Shown here piece by piece: positions 1 to 9,028 of a DNA stretch of 64,000 nt. Below the pieces are notes generated by a model, which saw nothing but the letters and a program-made list of their open reading frames with translations, made no database searches and was not told the DNA's origin. The first letter of the stretch is position 1; every line of letters starts with the position of its first letter. A program made the translations under genes and the position numbers. The DNA comes from a virus: positions 1 to 64,000 of IMG/VR virus record IMGVR_UViG_3300031972_002122. One strand, 5' to 3'.

Positions 1-5
1 TATGT

Positions 6-1670
6 ATGGCGATCCCATCAGTATTTGCAGTAGTAAAACCACAAGACTTCACATTGAAGCCATTCAAGGCTTACAAGAAGTTTAACTTATCAAGCACAGA
101 CTTGACCAGTACTGCTAGTGGGTATAACTTAGTGGACGCCGTACACACTTCACTAAAAACTCCAATCGGATCAGCTAAGGCTGGAAACGATCCAACGAAT
201 TCATTTGACGGATCGTATCAACATATAATATGGCAATCATTCAACCACCTTTATTATAAAGACCCATACAACCCATTCGCTACATTTGAGCACTCAAATC
301 GAAGGTACACGTATAAATTTTTAAACTACTCGGCTAGTATCCTATCCACACCTTATAACGATTATGGTGAGATGATGAAGCCGCGGAGTATTTCTATTAA
401 CAATGCCACACATGGATTTGAATTGATCGACGATGGTAACGGTAATATTTATGATCGTGCTATTGATAGTTCAAGTTTTAAACCTAACTACGAATTAGTT
501 GGGTATTGGGGATTTAATAATGAATTTAGGCGAGCTAAATACCGAGCTAGTAATGTACTGAGGGGGAATCTTAAGTACGAATCTAGGGTATTTGAGCCTG
601 ATGACATGAGTGGTATCAAGAATATTAGATTCGATACTGGAGTGGCTAACACGGGCATGCACGCCGAATTCGATGGAACATCTTACATAATAACTCAGGA
701 TCGTCCAGAATTTAATCCAGACATAGACGAGACATTCGGGATTTCATTTTGGGTAAAGGCACCTGTAAGTCAATCGAACGAAGCAACCCAGTATAATTCG
801 ATTATATCTAAACGTGGCGTTATATCTAAGCGTGTGTTAGGAGTCAATCAGAAATATAATCAGAGTGATCAACTCATATCAACTAAGCATATATCTTCAT
901 CAATTTCGGACACATTGACTGACGTGTATGCGTACGATATCGAATTCATAAACTCGTCGGGTGGGAGTGATGCAGGTAAATTGCGTGTTCGATATTCCGA
1001 CGGAATTACCGTACAATCAATGACATCGTCAGTTGTTATTAGTGATGGGGACTATCACCACGTTGCTGTGAACATAGGGACTGGGAGTACTGGATTGTAT
1101 GTGGATGGTGCACTCGAATCGTCTATAAGTGGAAGGGCTGAAATATATAATAACCATGACTTAATGTTTGGTGCACTTAATCGGGCTGGCGATCAAGGAT
1201 TTTCTGGATCGTTAGACGAGATTAGAATATATAACAATGAAATCAGTAATGACGAATTAGCAACATTAGTTGATAGCAGTAGCATGGCTATGTATCAGAC
1301 TGCAGTCGTTGGTAATGTATTTTACCGACAGGGAAATATTGTCATAAGTCCATTACAACCATCGTATCTAAACGCATTCAAGAATACGTGGTCATCGAGT
1401 TACCGAGGAACCCATACTATTTATCAGTACGAGGCGTTATGTAGGGTTAAGAAGGGCTCATTTAATTTATCATACAATCCTACAGCTAGACGATCGTTCA
1501 AGTCTGACATGATCATAAACGACATGACTGGATCAGTTTTATATCCATATGCAACTACGATAGGGCTATATAATTCTGAAGGAGATATGGTGGCAGTTGC
1601 TAAACTCGGACAGGCAGTTCAAATGAGATCAGACACAGACATACATTTTTTAGTTAGATGGGACGCATAA
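6..1670 (+). CDS. Virion structural protein with LamG/concanavalin A-like domain
   Basis: ORF track; LamG-type motifs (ISFWVK, YHHVAV, LYVDG, FSGSLDEIRIYN); C-terminal TTIGLYN...VAVAKL end typical of phage virion proteins. Confidence 0.7.
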   Translation: MAIPSVFAVVKPQDFTLKPFKAYKKFNLSSTDLTSTASGYNLVDAVHTSLKTPIGSAKAGNDPTNSFDGSYQHIIWQSFNHLYYKDPYNPFATFEHSNRRYTYKFLNYSASILSTPYNDYGEMMKPRSISINNATHGFELIDDGNGNIYDRAIDSSSFKPNYELVGYWGFNNEFRRAKYRASNVLRGNLKYESRVFEPDDMSGIKNIRFDTGVANTGMHAEFDGTSYIITQDRPEFNPDIDETFGISFWVKAPVSQSNEATQYNSIISKRGVISKRVLGVNQKYNQSDQLISTKHISSSISDTLTDVYAYDIEFINSSGGSDAGKLRVRYSDGITVQSMTSSVVISDGDYHHVAVNIGTGSTGLYVDGALESSISGRAEIYNNHDLMFGALNRAGDQGFSGSLDEIRIYNNEISNDELATLVDSSSMAMYQTAVVGNVFYRQGNIVISPLQPSYLNAFKNTWSSSYRGTHTIYQYEALCRVKKGSFNLSYNPTARRSFKSDMIINDMTGSVLYPYATTIGLYNSEGDMVAVAKLGQAVQMRSDTDIHFLVRWDA

Positions 1671-1671
1671 C

Positions 1672-2400
1672 GTGAAGTATAAGGATTATGATATTACTCG
1701 ATATATTGATTTTTTAAATGAGTGTACTGTTACCGATAATTGTAATATACACAAGCATCACATAATACCAAAATTTATGGGAGGTACTGATGATGTGAGT
1801 AATTTAAAAGAGTTGACGTATGAAGATCATCAAAATGCGCACATGATATTAGGTAAATGTTTTCCAACAGAAAGTCATTATTTTAAAGGTAACATACATT
1901 CGGCACAATTAATACAAAAATGGATAGATTATCCAAATGATGAGTTGCGAATGTTAATAAGTAAAGTACATAAAAATCGCGTGGTATCTCAGGAATCAAT
2001 TAATAAGATGGTTCAAACTAGACATAAAAATAACTCATGGAAACATAGTCCATGTACTAAGCGAACTATGTCATTAGTACGTAAAGGTACTAATATGGGA
2101 ATTAACAATCCGAGGTATGGTAAACAGGTGTCAACTGAAACCCGTGAAAAAATAAGTAAAGCAGTTTCTGGTAAATCTAATGGCATGTATGGGAGAAAGC
2201 ACTCAACTGAAACTATTGAAAAAATGAAAAAGAGCTTGATTGGTAAACGTTCTGGTTGGATGAATGGTAGATCACGTGCAGTCAAAAATGTAGAGACTGG
2301 TGAAATTTATAAATATTTGGGAGAGGCTTCGGACACGATGGGGATAAGTTATTATAAAATTAGAAAACTAATTAGTAGCGGGGCATTGATTTATATATGA
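1672..2400 (+). CDS. Free-standing HNH homing endonuclease with NUMOD3-type repeats
   Basis: HKHHIIPK.MGG.D...NL..LT..DH..AH HNH motif; repeated basic H/VS.ET..K.S and N.MYG.KHS segments; GTG start. Confidence 0.85.
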   Translation: MKYKDYDITRYIDFLNECTVTDNCNIHKHHIIPKFMGGTDDVSNLKELTYEDHQNAHMILGKCFPTESHYFKGNIHSAQLIQKWIDYPNDELRMLISKVHKNRVVSQESINKMVQTRHKNNSWKHSPCTKRTMSLVRKGTNMGINNPRYGKQVSTETREKISKAVSGKSNGMYGRKHSTETIEKMKKSLIGKRSGWMNGRSRAVKNVETGEIYKYLGEASDTMGISYYKIRKLISSGALIYI

Positions 2401-2956
2401 TCAAACTAACCGACATATTGCGTGAGGTTCTGAAGCGGAACATGATCACATCTTTCGATATCACGAAGGATCAGTTGAGTATGTTGGTACATGCGTCTAA
2501 GGATGAAGAGTATGAAGGACTTGGTATGGCGTATGGGGATTGGTTGGACGATGGTGCAACTCACGAAGAAATCGTCGATGATATGTGGAATTGGTTCTTT
2601 GAAAAGGATTTCCCAGAGGGCTTTAGAAATGTACCTGATCCGATTCCACTGAAGAGATATATAATGGCAAAGAGTGTAGACGATATTAATCTGGATGATA
2701 TAGGACAGTCTTGGTTTGCTACCGAGGGTGATGGATTCGATCAGGCACTTGCACATTTAGGTAAGGATCGAGATCGAGGTCACAATAAATTTATGATCAG
2801 CGCAGATGTTCCAATGCGTAATGTAAACATACCATATACGATAATGATCAGGAATATTAAATCGTATGAGAATGAGTTTGTTGTGGATAAACAGCAGGGC
2901 ATCAAAAATATTAAGGTAGAAGCTGTATGATCAAACTAACCGACATATTGCGTGAG
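2396..2956 (+). repeat. 31-bp perfect direct repeat TATGATCAAACTAACCGACATATTGCGTGAG at 2396-2426 and 2926-2956
   Basis: Read directly; each copy spans the start of a gene and encodes MIKLTDILRE. Confidence 0.95.
2397..2930 (+). CDS. Putative R-S-E ADP-ribosyltransferase-fold protein with N-terminal MIKLTDILRE tag
   Basis: PLKRYI ... IGQSW ... YENEF follows the R / S / ExE order of ART folds; N-terminal 10 aa identical to the next ORF. Confidence 0.5.
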   Translation: MIKLTDILREVLKRNMITSFDITKDQLSMLVHASKDEEYEGLGMAYGDWLDDGATHEEIVDDMWNWFFEKDFPEGFRNVPDPIPLKRYIMAKSVDDINLDDIGQSWFATEGDGFDQALAHLGKDRDRGHNKFMISADVPMRNVNIPYTIMIRNIKSYENEFVVDKQQGIKNIKVEAV

Positions 2957-3691
2957 ATACTCATCGAGAACGACTACGATGATTCCCAATACGACCGAAA
3001 TTACCTTGATCAACGGCGAGAAAGGCTAATAGCCAAAATACGTAAAGATGTTAAGGATTATATAGCTGCTATGGAAAAAAAGTATGGAGATTCATACTAT
3101 GATGAAATGTCTACAGAAGAAAAGAACATATATAGTAAATTGAATAAAATTGCATACGGAGATTCACGGATGCGTGGTTCGTTTTCGATGAAGGCAATCC
3201 ATCAGTGGACTATGGCACTTAAAAAATTACGAAAAAAATACCCAAATATGGATGGGATTCGTGGTGATATAAAGTCTAAATATGCATATCATTACACTAT
3301 ATATGACAATTTAGATTCTATTTTTACAAGTAACACATTGTATACAAGTGGTGGGTCGGTGTCATTAACTACTAATAAAGATTTGATGAAGCGTAAGCCA
3401 ACTTTCTGGTATGGGGCAGTAAATCATAAGACGTTGGCTGTAAAATTCGTTCTGGATTTGCAAAAAATAATTAGAGATGGATATGAAATTTTAGTTGGTG
3501 ATGATGACCTTGGGACTCTTGAGGGTGAGGAAGAATTGAGATTGCGTCGTGATTTAAAGAATTTACGTAAGTATATTGTGAAGGTGATTGTATATAAATC
3601 GAACATATCCAGTAGTGAGTTAAAATCTACAATCGACCTTCTTAAGCAGAAAAACATACCGTATTATATAAATACTCGAGACTTTGAATGA
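2927..3691 (+). CDS. Putative ADP-ribosyltransferase-fold protein (HxT...SLT...ExE) with N-terminal MIKLTDILRE tag
   Basis: YAYHYT...L.SI....L, VSLTT, V.FVLD..KI, EGEEE: ART-superfamily-like pattern in the C-terminal half. Confidence 0.55.
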   Translation: MIKLTDILREILIENDYDDSQYDRNYLDQRRERLIAKIRKDVKDYIAAMEKKYGDSYYDEMSTEEKNIYSKLNKIAYGDSRMRGSFSMKAIHQWTMALKKLRKKYPNMDGIRGDIKSKYAYHYTIYDNLDSIFTSNTLYTSGGSVSLTTNKDLMKRKPTFWYGAVNHKTLAVKFVLDLQKIIRDGYEILVGDDDLGTLEGEEELRLRRDLKNLRKYIVKVIVYKSNISSSELKSTIDLLKQKNIPYYINTRDFE

Positions 3692-3764
3692 TCAAAAAAC
3701 TATACTTATAATAAATAACAATTAGTTATCCTCGTGAATGGTTATAAATTAACTGAGGATTGAT

Positions 3765-3995
3765 ATGCCAAACGTAAATGAATTTAACAAAAAAATTGAA
3801 ATTAGTATTGGGGCGATTGCTTTTATTATTGCGATCACCTTCTCTGCGACCAAGATATATTCATCCCTCACGACTATGGAGACGCGGATGGATAAACGAT
3901 ATCAGCGGCACGAACAGCATTTCGAAATGCTCGACGAACGTGTGAACAATTTAGAGATCAGGTTTAACGACCACGAGAAGTGTCCAGATCGGTAA
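3765..3995 (+). CDS. Small single-TM coiled-coil protein (possible holin/lysis accessory)
   Basis: Hydrophobic ISIGAIAFIIAITFSA followed by a charged coiled coil; ATACTTATA motif and GAGG upstream. Confidence 0.4.
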   Translation: MPNVNEFNKKIEISIGAIAFIIAITFSATKIYSSLTTMETRMDKRYQRHEQHFEMLDERVNNLEIRFNDHEKCPDR

Positions 3996-4013
3996 TTAAA
4001 AGGGATATGTAAA

Positions 4014-4436
4014 ATGCTTAAGAACATTATAAAGGAAGTACTACAACTTTCAGAAGCTAAAGAAATAAAGAAAGATTCGTTCGAATATTTTTACATGGAC
4101 GAAGTGAAGGACATCGATAATATTAATGACGTCGAAGACTTAGGTGACCTTAAGAATGTTGAGGTATTTTTGATTACAGATAAGACGTATAAGAAAGATG
4201 ACCCCGGTACTGGTGAGTGGTTCAAAATCGACACCGAGAAGATTATAAAATATCTAGAGACATCGGTAGATAAATATTCAGCGGGTGATTATCTAGATTT
4301 TGGCGGATCGTTTACACTTGAGAACTGCCTTAATAAATTCATTGAACTAGAGTATGAATCTAAATGCTTTACCAATTGGGATGATTTCGTGGGTACGATG
4401 GACGGCGAAGTTGATAACGATCTTAATAAACTCTAA
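4014..4436 (+). CDS. Acidic hypothetical protein with N-terminal LKNIIKE..LSE tag
   Basis: ORF track; N-terminal amphipathic segment ending LSE. Confidence 0.6.
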   Translation: MLKNIIKEVLQLSEAKEIKKDSFEYFYMDEVKDIDNINDVEDLGDLKNVEVFLITDKTYKKDDPGTGEWFKIDTEKIIKYLETSVDKYSAGDYLDFGGSFTLENCLNKFIELEYESKCFTNWDDFVGTMDGEVDNDLNKL

Positions 4437-4446
4437 ATAAAAAGTT

Positions 4447-4941
4447 ATGATATTAGCAATCGATCCGGGTTGCACTGAATCTGGTTACGTTGTAGTCGAT
4501 ACCGACTATAAAGTTTATGAACACGGAGTTGTAAGTAATGGAGAACTCTTATCGATCGTTTCCGACTTAGTGAATACTAGAATAGATACAGTCGTCATTG
4601 AGATGATGACTAGTTATGGGATGCCTATTGGGAAAACCTCCATGGACACACTGGTTTGGGTTGGACGATATTTTCAAGCGGTACCGTTTAATAATGTTTT
4701 CCTGATGGCGCGGTCTAAAATAAAAAGACATCTATGTAATAATATGCACGCTAAGGATAAAAATATTACCGTAGCTGTTAAGAATAGGTACCAACCAACT
4801 GGTGGTGGTGCTGACCCATTTAAAGGGACAAAAAAACAACAGGGCCCACTCTACGGTCTTAAGTCCCACACATTCGCAGCACTCGCTGTAGCAATAGCTT
4901 ATATTGAAAATCCTGAATTAATTTACGATATGAGTAGATAA
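4447..4941 (+). CDS. RuvC-like Holliday junction resolvase
   Basis: MILAIDPG...G start, VVIE second acidic motif, RNase H-fold size. Confidence 0.75.
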   Translation: MILAIDPGCTESGYVVVDTDYKVYEHGVVSNGELLSIVSDLVNTRIDTVVIEMMTSYGMPIGKTSMDTLVWVGRYFQAVPFNNVFLMARSKIKRHLCNNMHAKDKNITVAVKNRYQPTGGGADPFKGTKKQQGPLYGLKSHTFAALAVAIAYIENPELIYDMSR

Positions 4942-4946
4942 TTTTG

Positions 4947-4954
4947 TATATTTG
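4947..4954 (+). promoter_or_regulatory. Bacteroidota sigma70-type -7 box (TATATTTG) 5 nt before the primase ATG
   Basis: Exact match to the TAnnTTTG consensus, intergenic. Confidence 0.55.
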
Positions 4955-4959
4955 CGCAT

Positions 4960-6009
4960 ATGAAGCATAAAATATTGTCATTGCTAATATCGATTCTTGG
5001 TGAATCGCATAACACTACAGGTGACAATCATTCGTTTCGATGTCCAAATTGTAATCACCGAAAGAAAAAATTAGAAGTTGACATATTGAAGGGGTTATGG
5101 CACTGTTGGGTGTGTAACAGAGGTGGTAAGAATTTTTTCTCATTATTAAAGTGGATTAAGGCTGGTCGAGATAAGATGGATTCACTCGAAACCATTCTCA
5201 AAACTAAGCGACGAATTTATGATTCTAAAAGTGAGTATGTTGAAGCTAGTTGTGATCTACCCAAGGAATTTATACCATTATGGGAAATGCATCCTGAAAG
5301 TTTTTTTTGGAGAGCTGCTATAAATTACTTAAAGTCTAGAGATGTTCATATCGGCGATATTCTGAAATATGGAATTGGTTATTGTGATTCTGGTGTATAC
5401 AAGAACATGGTCATTATTCCAAGTTATGATGGATGTGGGCAGTTGAATTATTTCCAGTCTAGATCATTCATACCGAATGCTAGGATGAAGTTTAAGAATC
5501 CGCCCGTGAAGCGGAATGTTGTAGGGTTCGAGTTGATGATCAATTGGGACGAACCGATTGTGTTGGTAGAAAGCGCATTTGACGCTATCACAGTTAGGCG
5601 TAACGCCATACCGTTATTCGGTAAATCTATACCTAAAAAGCTTAAACGGAGAATTATTGATCATGGCGTGAAGCAAGTCAATATATGTCTAGACGCCGAC
5701 GCAATATCAGATGCGATCAATCATGCTAGTTATTTTCTAGGTAATGGTGTGGAAGTCAAACTAACCGAACTGTCGGGTGAGGATGACCCATCCAGTCTTG
5801 GGTATGGCGAGATATGGAAAAAACTAAACAACGCTATTCAATTTGATGAAAGTGTATTATTTGAACGGAGAATAAAAGATCATTTAGATGGAGAAGGTAA
5901 AACGTATTTACCACGTAGGAGACATTCACTGTCGACTATTTCAACGGCACAGCGAGTATCGGGAAGTTTTCGACCGAATGTTCAACATAATCAGGGAAAC
6001 AGGTACTGA
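4960..6009 (+). CDS. DnaG-type DNA primase (Zn finger + TOPRIM)
   Basis: CPNC...WHCWVC zinc finger; VESAFDA and CLDADA TOPRIM motifs; DDPS motif. Confidence 0.85.
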   Translation: MKHKILSLLISILGESHNTTGDNHSFRCPNCNHRKKKLEVDILKGLWHCWVCNRGGKNFFSLLKWIKAGRDKMDSLETILKTKRRIYDSKSEYVEASCDLPKEFIPLWEMHPESFFWRAAINYLKSRDVHIGDILKYGIGYCDSGVYKNMVIIPSYDGCGQLNYFQSRSFIPNARMKFKNPPVKRNVVGFELMINWDEPIVLVESAFDAITVRRNAIPLFGKSIPKKLKRRIIDHGVKQVNICLDADAISDAINHASYFLGNGVEVKLTELSGEDDPSSLGYGEIWKKLNNAIQFDESVLFERRIKDHLDGEGKTYLPRRRHSLSTISTAQRVSGSFRPNVQHNQGNRY

Positions 6010-9004
6010 TGATGCTATAATTGTAGTCACTGGGGATATTGTTCATGGAAAGACTGATATGTCACCAGAGTTAATTTCCTTAGTATCTTATTTTTTCACT
6101 GGATGTGCGGATTTATGTACGACGTTGGTTATTGCTGGAAACCATGATTTTAATTTGGCAAATCCAAGTCGACTCGACGCATTAACACCGATCGTCGAAG
6201 CACTTAACCATGATAACTTAATATATTGGAAAGAATCTGGTGTTAAGACAGTTGGGAATGTTGCATTTTTTCATCACTCGATTATGGATGATGATTGGCA
6301 AGTTAACCTATCCAGTACGCTAGACCTCCCAGAACACGTGGATACTAAAATCGCACTATATCATGGAGCAGTTTCAGGGGCTACTACTGACATAGGATTC
6401 TCAGACTTTGCTGACGCTATCCCACGGAATAACTTTGATGCGTATGATATCACAATGCTTGGAGATATCCACAAAACTCAATACTTGGACGCTGACGAGA
6501 CTATAGCGTATTGTGGATCACTTATCCAGCAGGACTATGGGGAGCTACCAGAGCGAGGATTTTTACTTTGGGATGTACCAACACGGAAATCTACTTTCGT
6601 GTCCGTACCGAACGATTATGCGTACGTGACGATTAAAATAAATGGTGGGAAGATAATCGATCTTCCAGAACCACCACCTAAAGCTAGGATGCGTGTTATC
6701 CACGAGAATACTGATAAGTCAGTAGTTAAAGAAATTGTAGACAAAATAAAAGATCAATATTCGGTAAGTGAATTGCGTGTTACTGGAATAAAAAGTGAGA
6801 AATCACACCAAACTATTCAAGTTGATGATGTGATTAACTCTAGGAAGAGTGAAGTCCAAATGAAGTTGTATAGGGAATTTCTAGCTAATGAGGATTTAGA
6901 TGAAGACGTTTGGAAGGAGATTGATGCTATTAATAATGATCTAAATTCTCAAATACGAAACGTTGAAGTTTCTGGACGTGGAATAAACTGGATTCCGTTG
7001 GAATTTGAATTTTCAAATATGTTCTCGTACGGTACTGGTAATTTCATAGACTTCAGTGATATAGAAGGTATAGTTGGATTATTTGCACCTAACGCTAGTG
7101 GGAAATCTACATTGTTAGATTCGATTGTATTTTGTGTGTTTGATAAGTGTAGTCGGACTAGCAAGGCGGTCAATGTTATGAATAACCAATCTAGTGAATT
7201 TCATTGTAGATTCAAGTTTGCTATCGGTGACGAGGTATTTGAAATTATTAGAAATGCTAAACGTAACACAAATGGATCAGTTTCGGTTGCCGTTGATTTT
7301 TATAAAGGAGACGAATGCCTTAATGGTAAGCGGCGAGACGAAACCAATAAAATTATTCGAGACTACATCGGGACGTATGATGATTTTATACTAACGACAA
7401 TGTCAACCCAGAATGATAATCGATCGTTCATCGACATGACTAAAAAAGATCGCCAAGAATTATTGTATAGATTCTTGGACATTTACGTATTTATCGATCT
7501 GTTTAAATTAGCTAAGGAAGAGTCTAGGGATTTATCGTCACAAATTAAGTTACTTGGTGCCAATGATTTTAATCGAAATATTGAGAAATACCAGAATGAA
7601 ATAAAGATACTGAGTGATGAGTTGGTGATAGTTGACACCCAGATCGCTAAACTTACATCTAGCATCGATGAACTTACGATTGAGATCGAAAGTGCAAGTC
7701 AAAAAATGTATAACCTAGGCACTGTACTGGATATGGATGATTTGATTAGAGATCGTAAGCGAACCGTGGAGATGCTTGAAAGTGAACATGCGGCGATCCA
7801 GACCATAACTAATGAACTTGAAAGGGCTAAAAAAGATTTATCTGACTACACCGCAAAAAATCCAGTACAGGATGATACACCACTGACTGAGATGTTGGGT
7901 AAGTTAAATGATGCTAAGGCGTTAGTATTAGATGATAAGTTTAAACTCAACTCACTGCAGAAGGAACGTGAGCATTTACAATCTAAAGTTAAATCTCTAG
8001 ATACTCACGAGTACGATCCTAACTGTAAATATTGCGTACAAAATCCGTTCGTAAAAGATGCGCAAAAAGCTGAGAATCAGTTAGTTATAGTTAATGAAAC
8101 TATTTCTGAATTGGAGAAAAAGGTTATAGCTGAGGCTGAAATTGATCGCCGAATTACTACAATACAATCCCAACTCAGTGAACGACGCGCAGTTGTGGAC
8201 ACCATCGCAATATTGACTCGGGACTGTGAACGACAACAGAGTGGGTTAGACTTAGCCACATCTCAAATAAAAATAGTGGAATCCAAATTAGCACAAATTG
8301 ATGAAAACTTACAGAGATGTAAGAGTCAGCAAGCTCAGGTAGAGGAAAATGCAAAAATACAAGCTGAAATTTCTAGAACCCAGATGGCTAGAAAAGAACT
8401 ACAGGTTGAGTATTACAGTTTGGTTTCAGAGTCTAAGCAAAAAACTTCTGGGTTGAGTGCGCTTGAAGGTTCATTGAAGGGTGCACTTCAGGTTAAAGAA
8501 GACTACTTGAGGGCTACTAAAAAATATAAGGGGTACGAATATTTCATGAAGGCAGTTAATCGGGATGGTGTACCATACATGATACTTAAGAGGATACTCC
8601 CAGTTATTGAAAACGAGGTGAACGAGGTTCTGGAAGGTATTGTGGACTTTACATTCCAATTGAGTGTAGGTGAAAACGATGTCATTGAGGGGACTATACA
8701 GTATGGTGATAATCGATGGGCTATCGAGTTAATAAGTGGTATGGAAAGGTTTATCCTATCTATAGCTATTCGGAGTAGTCTCATACGATTGTCTGGACTT
8801 CCAAAGCCAAATTTCTTAGCTATCGATGAGGGGTTTGGTGTTCTAGATACTGACAAGTTAAATTCCATAAATATTTTATTCCAATATCTTAAGTCTCATT
8901 TTGATTTCGTACTTTGTATTAGCCACATATCAGAATTTAAAGATTATGTAGATCAACTTATTTCTATAAAGAAAATCGACGGGAGGAGCAAAATAACTTT
9001 GTAG
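5888..9004 (+). CDS. Fused Mre11/SbcD nuclease - Rad50/SbcC ATPase (gp47-gp46 fusion)
   Basis: GDIH, GD, GNHD, GDIH phosphoesterase motifs; Walker A APNASGKS; CKYC zinc hook in a coiled coil; SGMERF signature; LAIDEGFG Walker B. Confidence 0.92.
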   Translation: MEKVKRIYHVGDIHCRLFQRHSEYREVFDRMFNIIRETGTDDAIIVVTGDIVHGKTDMSPELISLVSYFFTGCADLCTTLVIAGNHDFNLANPSRLDALTPIVEALNHDNLIYWKESGVKTVGNVAFFHHSIMDDDWQVNLSSTLDLPEHVDTKIALYHGAVSGATTDIGFSDFADAIPRNNFDAYDITMLGDIHKTQYLDADETIAYCGSLIQQDYGELPERGFLLWDVPTRKSTFVSVPNDYAYVTIKINGGKIIDLPEPPPKARMRVIHENTDKSVVKEIVDKIKDQYSVSELRVTGIKSEKSHQTIQVDDVINSRKSEVQMKLYREFLANEDLDEDVWKEIDAINNDLNSQIRNVEVSGRGINWIPLEFEFSNMFSYGTGNFIDFSDIEGIVGLFAPNASGKSTLLDSIVFCVFDKCSRTSKAVNVMNNQSSEFHCRFKFAIGDEVFEIIRNAKRNTNGSVSVAVDFYKGDECLNGKRRDETNKIIRDYIGTYDDFILTTMSTQNDNRSFIDMTKKDRQELLYRFLDIYVFIDLFKLAKEESRDLSSQIKLLGANDFNRNIEKYQNEIKILSDELVIVDTQIAKLTSSIDELTIEIESASQKMYNLGTVLDMDDLIRDRKRTVEMLESEHAAIQTITNELERAKKDLSDYTAKNPVQDDTPLTEMLGKLNDAKALVLDDKFKLNSLQKEREHLQSKVKSLDTHEYDPNCKYCVQNPFVKDAQKAENQLVIVNETISELEKKVIAEAEIDRRITTIQSQLSERRAVVDTIAILTRDCERQQSGLDLATSQIKIVESKLAQIDENLQRCKSQQAQVEENAKIQAEISRTQMARKELQVEYYSLVSESKQKTSGLSALEGSLKGALQVKEDYLRATKKYKGYEYFMKAVNRDGVPYMILKRILPVIENEVNEVLEGIVDFTFQLSVGENDVIEGTIQYGDNRWAIELISGMERFILSIAIRSSLIRLSGLPKPNFLAIDEGFGVLDTDKLNSINILFQYLKSHFDFVLCISHISEFKDYVDQLISIKKIDGRSKITL

Positions 9005-9028
9005 TCGATATTTATAGTAAAAGTCTAA

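Noticed and set aside
2396-2956. 31-bp repeat as a CRISPR array or att site
   Set aside because: Only two copies, 530 bp apart, both coding, with no cas or integrase gene in the window
3667-3674. Exact T4 late promoter TATAAATA
   Set aside because: It lies inside a coding region and this form does not recur before structural genes; ATAYTTATW does
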